Part shown: positions 49,993 to 57,328 of the stretch, piece by piece
How the letters are laid out: every line of letters starts with the position of its first letter
How positions within the stretch are numbered: the stretch's first letter is position 1
Assembly (NCBI GenBank): GCA_023231475.1
Contig: JALJEE010002142.1
Span: forward strand, 1-57,328
From: Seison nebaliae
Lineage: Eukaryota
Reading direction: 5' to 3'
Length of the DNA stretch: 57,328 nt
The notes under the pieces: generated by a model
What the model was told of the DNA's origin: nothing
The model's database searches: none
Seen by the model: only the letters and a program-made list of their open reading frames with translations
Translations under genes and position numbers: made by a program

Positions 49993-50892
49993 AGAATAAC
50001 ATAAGAATAAACGAAATCAGTTAACAATATAATTCTTATTTTTTTGGGGAAGAGAGGAAGTTGAAGACAAAAGGAAAATCAACAAGAAGTGAAGAAGCAG
50101 ACATCATCGACTAATTGACGTAACATCGTCAAACACATCATTACCATACGAATTTTGAAAGACGAAGAAACAGAAGAAAGAAAATTGAATGGAAATAGAT
50201 AAGAGGCATTTATTCAATCTTCCCATACCCAACAAACATCTACACATATACTTATATTCATGTGTAGCACATAGATGACAGATCGATATTTGGCAGATGT
50301 CCTATTAAAAGAAAAAAAACAAAAAAAAAACTGTAAAACTTTAATTAGAACCACCTACTTAAATTAACTACCAATAATACGAATATTATTCCCGCTCACT
50401 CACTCACAGGTGGAAAGAGAATTTTATTATTCTCTTCTTATGATATTCATGAAAAACAATAAAATTCACATCATTAACAACAACAACCGAATAATTTAAT
50501 TAGTAAAGAACAGTGAATACTTCTATTACCATTTTTCAATTATTCAATTTTTGTGTTTAGGAAAAGAGGTTATTATTCAAATCATTATTCTACAATATAA
50601 TTCACTCATTATTACTATTATTGCAGCTGTTCTATTTTTGGAGAATCGAATCCAAAAGTGTGGAGTGGGAAGCATTTATTCATCGAATACTAATCAAATT
50701 CTCAAAGAAATTCTCAATTTTTGTAAAGTTTTATTTCAATTTGGTCAAGTTCTGAGAATATTTTTTTTTCAATTCTTTCCAACGTGCTCATCATCTAATA
50801 TTTCAGAACATTTCATACCCGACAACTAAACGGATTTCACTTTTATAAACTTTCATTAACAAGATATAACTATATTGGAAAATTAGAAGAGA

Positions 50893-54606
<3,714 letters not shown>

Positions 54607-55850
54607 AAGGAGAATGATTTATTTATACAATTTATACAGAACAGTCTATTTTCAATTCGTTTTAGGAAACTGTATTTCTAATATGTTACTTCATTTTCGC
54701 CATCGAGTAAACTCATTCATTATTCTCATATCTCAATCAATTGGCAGTGAAATGAAATCTCATCCACAATCGGAACATATTGAAATAAAAAGAACATTTT
54801 AATTTTTTTTGGTATATTTCGTCATGTGATCAATTTCATGTGTTTTCTTTCTTTTTATTTAAATTTTTCCATTGGAATCATATAAATTTAATCATATGAA
54901 TTTCCACCATTTCATCATCATAATCGTCTCATCCTTCAGGTTATTTCATATTTCTACTGACACACATTCTATCAAACGATTATTCCATTTTTGCGAATGA
55001 CTTCGAACTCCACAAATCTTTCAATTAAATCCATCTCATTGTGGAAGAGAAAGAATATCATCGATGCTATTGACAGATAATAATAACATCGAATAGTTTA
55101 TGGAAATCAAATAGGAAACGGTACAATTTCTTCTATTTTTCGATAGATCAAAAAGTTTAATATTGATAATTGAAATTCTCACAAAGTTTCTTAAATTTAA
55201 CTCCAACAAATCAGACAATTCAAAAATAAGTTTCACATACAAATCATATCGAATGAGAATGACGAAACCGGTCTTCTAATTTATTTTCTAAAATTTCTTC
55301 ATTCTTCTCCACTCTCCAACTAGATACATTATATCTTCTAAATGATTTATTTATTTGTTTTATTGACAAGCACAAAACACTTTCACCGACACTATCATCA
55401 TCAACTTTACGGAAAGAATTATATTTAGTGTATTATATTAATTTTTCTTCTCCTTCAATTCGCATTGATTCTTATCTTATTTACCTAGTCAATCTCATCA
55501 CAATCTTATCATAATTAATCATTTCTATTATTTTCTTTTCTCTCTTCTTTTCTTATTTATCATATATTTATATCTAATTATTATTATTCTGAAAGTCAAA
55601 TTCACACCTTTCATTCATATCATCACACAACAATAATAAACGAAAGATCAATCAATTATTTTGATTGAAAATCAACCATTCTCTTCTCACTTCAACTCTA
55701 ATTTCATCCTTTTTTATTTTAAAAAGTTTCTTCATTATTTCTTATTTTATTTAAAAACAAAGAATCTTTCTATTTATTCCATAAAGATGAATAATTTTTT
55801 TTTATTAATACGGTAGCCGGACAGTTCTACTCTTTTCTTCGGACTGTTTT

Positions 55851-55987
55851 TGATTGACAAATAGACCGAATTAAAAAATTTTCAGTTATGGACTGTCCAT
55901 TAAAACCAAAAACTTTATGTATGAAGAATTATTCTAATGGACAGTCCATAAGTAAGAAATTTTCCATTTGGTCTGTTTGTCGAATCA
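55851..55987. mobile_element. Foldback/MITE-like imperfect inverted repeat with arms of about 55 bp
   Basis: Perfect 17-bp core TTATGGACTGTCCATTA (55886-55902) / TAATGGACAGTCCATAA (55935-55951), with imperfect complementarity out to TGATTGACAAATAGACC...GGTCTGTTTGTCGAATCA. Confidence 0.7.
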
Positions 55988-56250
55988 CGGTGATTTCGTC
56001 ACCCTTCGATTTGCTCGCCTTGTTTTTACAAATTCGGACATTTTGTCGCCTCTTGAAACGGACAGTTCGTCACCGTATTTTCCTAAAAACGGTGATTTTG
56101 TCACCCTGTTTTCTTAAAAGCGGTGATTTCGTCGCCTTTACATAAAAAGTTTTTAGGAAATTTCAACAATTCGGTGATTTCGTCACCCTGTTTTCTTAAA
56201 AACGGTGATTTCGTCGTATTTTTTCCTTAAAAACGGTGATTTCGTCGCTT
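55988..56250. repeat. Array of about 8 GGTGATTTCGTC(A/G)CC-type motifs (about 31-bp period), probable DNA-transposon subterminal repeats
   Basis: Copies near 55989, 56036, 56060, 56091, 56122, 56173, 56204 and 56235. Same architecture as the 3054-3295 array, and CGGTAGCCGGACAGTTCTACTC at 55811 carries that array's motif. Confidence 0.75.
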
Positions 56251-56260
56251 TTTCCCCTTA

Positions 56261-56606
56261 TGTAATCAGTCAAAGTCATATAAGAATCCCAGATGACACT
56301 AAACGACGCATCAACTAATAAAGTATGCAACATCATAACGGACAATAAATCAAAGATAAAGAACACGCAAAGAATGTGAAACTAGGCCGCAACGGACCAA
56401 CGGCCAGCTGATGGATCATAATTACTAGGTCGGAACAATCAAACACAAGACTATATAAGCAGCGCGGGGATTAAGAAAGATATGAAGCTAGAACAAAGAA
56501 GATATAAACTCCTTTAACTCTCCTTTACGAGAAACCGTCTCCCTTTCATTATAATTATACATTCACATTTACCATAATAAATAACTTCCCTTTCAGCACG
56601 CTTACA
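56261..56606 (+). mobile_element. Solo-LTR-like element (346 bp)
   Basis: TGTAA...TTACA inverted termini, TATATAA at 56452 and AATAAA at 56576; it cuts off the repeat array abruptly. No TSD or PBS visible. Confidence 0.55.
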
Positions 56607-57040
56607 AATCGAACAAACAAGTGGATAACAAATGACTAATAATGTAATATCCAGAGATGATGATGATTTAGACTGATTTTTCACTACGACTTATAACAAT
56701 ATATCCTGAACGTCAGTCGTTAAGTATCGGTGATGATTTTAGTGAATTTGTTGAACAAGTTGATAATCAATACGTAGAACAATTCAATCATGATTACTCG
56801 TCTAATTTTGATGATAGATTTCACGAATCAATAGAAATTAACGACATTTCTAACGAAGTTTCTTGCTTCTCCGATAATGAAATAAACCTGAATCCGAAAG
56901 ATAATGAAAATGACGGTATTGAAAGTAGTAAATTGTCTAACGACTTTTCTGTATTATTTTCATGAGGACGTGAATATATTCGACGTACTGAAGTCATTGG
57001 ACAAAATACTTCAGACAATTCCGGATACCCAATTCGACAG

Positions 57041-57328
57041 AAGACTCTCTATGCATATACGGATGATATGGTGTTATGTAGTAACACTAAGGAAACTGTA
57101 CATGTTATGTTACAGGTAATTCAGGAAGCACTTGTGAGATGTGGTATAAAGTGTAATAATTCGAAATCCAAATTGTTGACGAATATGAAACTGAATGCGA
57201 GAGATACTCCTCTTAATGAATATAAATGTAATGACAGCAAATTTCTTGGTTGTTATTTAGACTGTAAGAAAAAGAGTTCTGCAACTGTCGATCATATTAG
57301 ATGCAAGTTCATTAGAGCTTTTCATTCT
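57041..57328 (+). mobile_element. LINE RT fragment running off the window end, related to the 9.7-10.6 kb copy
   Basis: KTLYAYTDDMVLCSN...NNSKSKLLTN...KFLGCYLDCKKKSSATVDHIRCKFIRAF aligns with LYSYADDMVICCN...NESKSKILTN...DNRKKSSKMTDYIRCKFLRMF. YTDD is at 57056-57067. Not in the ORF track because it has no stop in the window. Confidence 0.85.

Overview
AT-rich, gene-dense eukaryotic (animal) DNA, not prokaryotic, so the ORF track is mostly exon fragments and antisense noise. A luqin-type PQGRFamide precursor and a fibulin point to a bilaterian, probably spiralian, with a compact genome; the species cannot be determined from this window. Conserved genes: ISY1, COG1-like, a divergent DDB1-family beta-propeller gene, an intronless 1640-aa Ig-superfamily receptor, a luqin-like neuropeptide, fibulin-1/2, a degenerate LIV-1 ZIP transporter, Aquarius (AQR) and a novel-type PKC. 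Both ends (about 1-10.7 kb and 55.8-57.3 kb) are rich in mobile-element remains: three related LINE RT remnants, MULE transposase and subterminal repeats, a foldback element and a solo-LTR-like element. The left end also holds two divergently oriented paralogous USP-like cysteine proteases and a signal-peptide-bearing pseudokinase. The most striking signal is the splice code: of 46 introns reconstructed by hand in six genes, 45 begin GTT rather than GT(A/G), almost all are about 41-60 nt, and several end in purine-rich AAG with no polypyrimidine tract. Candidate let-7-like and mir-190-like hairpins lie in the 20-25.6 kb non-coding gap. All calls come from manual translation and motif recognition; no searches were run.
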